Below, one piece after another: positions 63,631-64,000 of a DNA stretch of 64,000 nt (the stretch's first letter is position 1; the number at the start of each line of letters is the position of its first letter). The DNA comes from Akkermansia muciniphila (GTDB lineage Bacteria; Verrucomicrobiota; Verrucomicrobiia; Verrucomicrobiales; DEV007). Location of the stretch: positions 1 to 64,000 of the forward strand of contig CAMCXS010000026.1 in the NCBI GenBank assembly GCA_945883495.1. The letters are read 5' to 3'. The notes beneath the pieces are model-generated. The model saw nothing but the letters and a program-made list of their open reading frames with translations, did not search any database and was not told the DNA's origin. The translations under genes were made by a program, and so were the position numbers.

Positions 63631-64000
63631 GCATCATCTACGATTCTCGCTTCTCACGCCTTTCACGCTATGGAAGTGGCATCGAATTCGAGTCCGCTCC
63701 GAGCAGGGTGCTATTGCCCCAAGGCGCAGTCGATCCACTCGCCCGCTTCAAAGTAATGCCCCACCTCAATCGCCCGTAATAATAGGCTCGCGATATGCAT
63801 GGCCCCATTTCAGATTTTCAGCTTTTCAAATTTCAGCTTTTTCTTCCAAATGTCTTGCCATTCGTAGCTTCCAAAAGGGAAGCGAAGAATGGCGGATCGG
63901 CAAGGAGACCTGCCGACTGTGCGTTTTTCTTCGTATTCATGGGCATCTGTGCGTTGGTGGGTTGACCGGGGTGACGCAGGGTGTGCGGTCTTGAACGGTC

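Noticed and set aside
41381-63756. Long plus-strand ORFs antisense to minus-strand genes (41381-42634, 43633-44151, 44832-46265, 51290-53722, 54281-55216, 55487-56110, 57759-58853, 58878-59465, 59525-60451, 62215-63756)
   Set aside because: Each lies opposite a minus-strand gene with a signal peptide and recognisable catalytic motifs, and shows Gly/Arg/Asp/His-rich antisense composition.

Overview
This 64 kb window is high-GC and almost entirely coding. The gene content matches a PVC-type genome (Verrucomicrobiota or Planctomycetota): many sulfatases, a MoxR/DUF58/vWA 'Bat' operon, autotransporter-associated beta-strand-repeat proteins, DUF1080 proteins and ECF sigma factors fused to anti-sigma domains. 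I recognised no rRNA, tRNA, CRISPR array, transposase or integrase. The main blocks are: (1) 133-3189, minus strand: truncated sulfatase, Tat-secreted metallophosphoesterase, secreted glycoside-hydrolase-like protein. (2) 3368-11686, plus strand: a three-gene operon of SPFH/flotillin, a 1766-aa protein ending in an AAA_5 (MoxR/McrB-type) ATPase module, and a 260-aa coiled-coil protein with a Pro-rich tail. This is the most unusual unit in the window and the best candidate for an undescribed system. (3) 11825-14074: four small secreted proteins or lipoproteins. (4) 14222-23145, minus strand: translationally coupled MoxR / DUF58 / membrane / vWA operon. (5) 23334-29569: secreted CxxCH protein, ECF sigma/anti-sigma fusion, a DUF1080 gene remnant, and a large secreted repeat protein. 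(6) 29993-37154, plus strand: ECF sigma, anti-sigma, periplasmic protein and a tripartite RND efflux pump (outer-membrane factor, adaptor, permease). (7) 37508-41216: lipoprotein, a prokaryotic pentameric ligand-gated ion channel next to a secreted EF-hand protein, and a hairpin built on a 9-nt tandem repeat. (8) 41309-46673: second ECF sigma/anti-sigma fusion, DUF1080 protein, beta-strand-repeat protein. (9) 46802-63630: an AraR-like regulator plus a minus-strand locus for sulfated-glycan degradation (two sulfatases and one sulfatase remnant, two sialate-O-acetylesterase-family SGNH proteins, an alpha/beta-hydrolase esterase, and two paralogous lyase-like proteins, one fused to an SGNH domain). 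Most long ORFs on the strand opposite these genes are high-GC antisense artefacts and are listed as rejected. Minus-strand coordinates follow the ORF track; my own nucleotide counting may be off by one in places.
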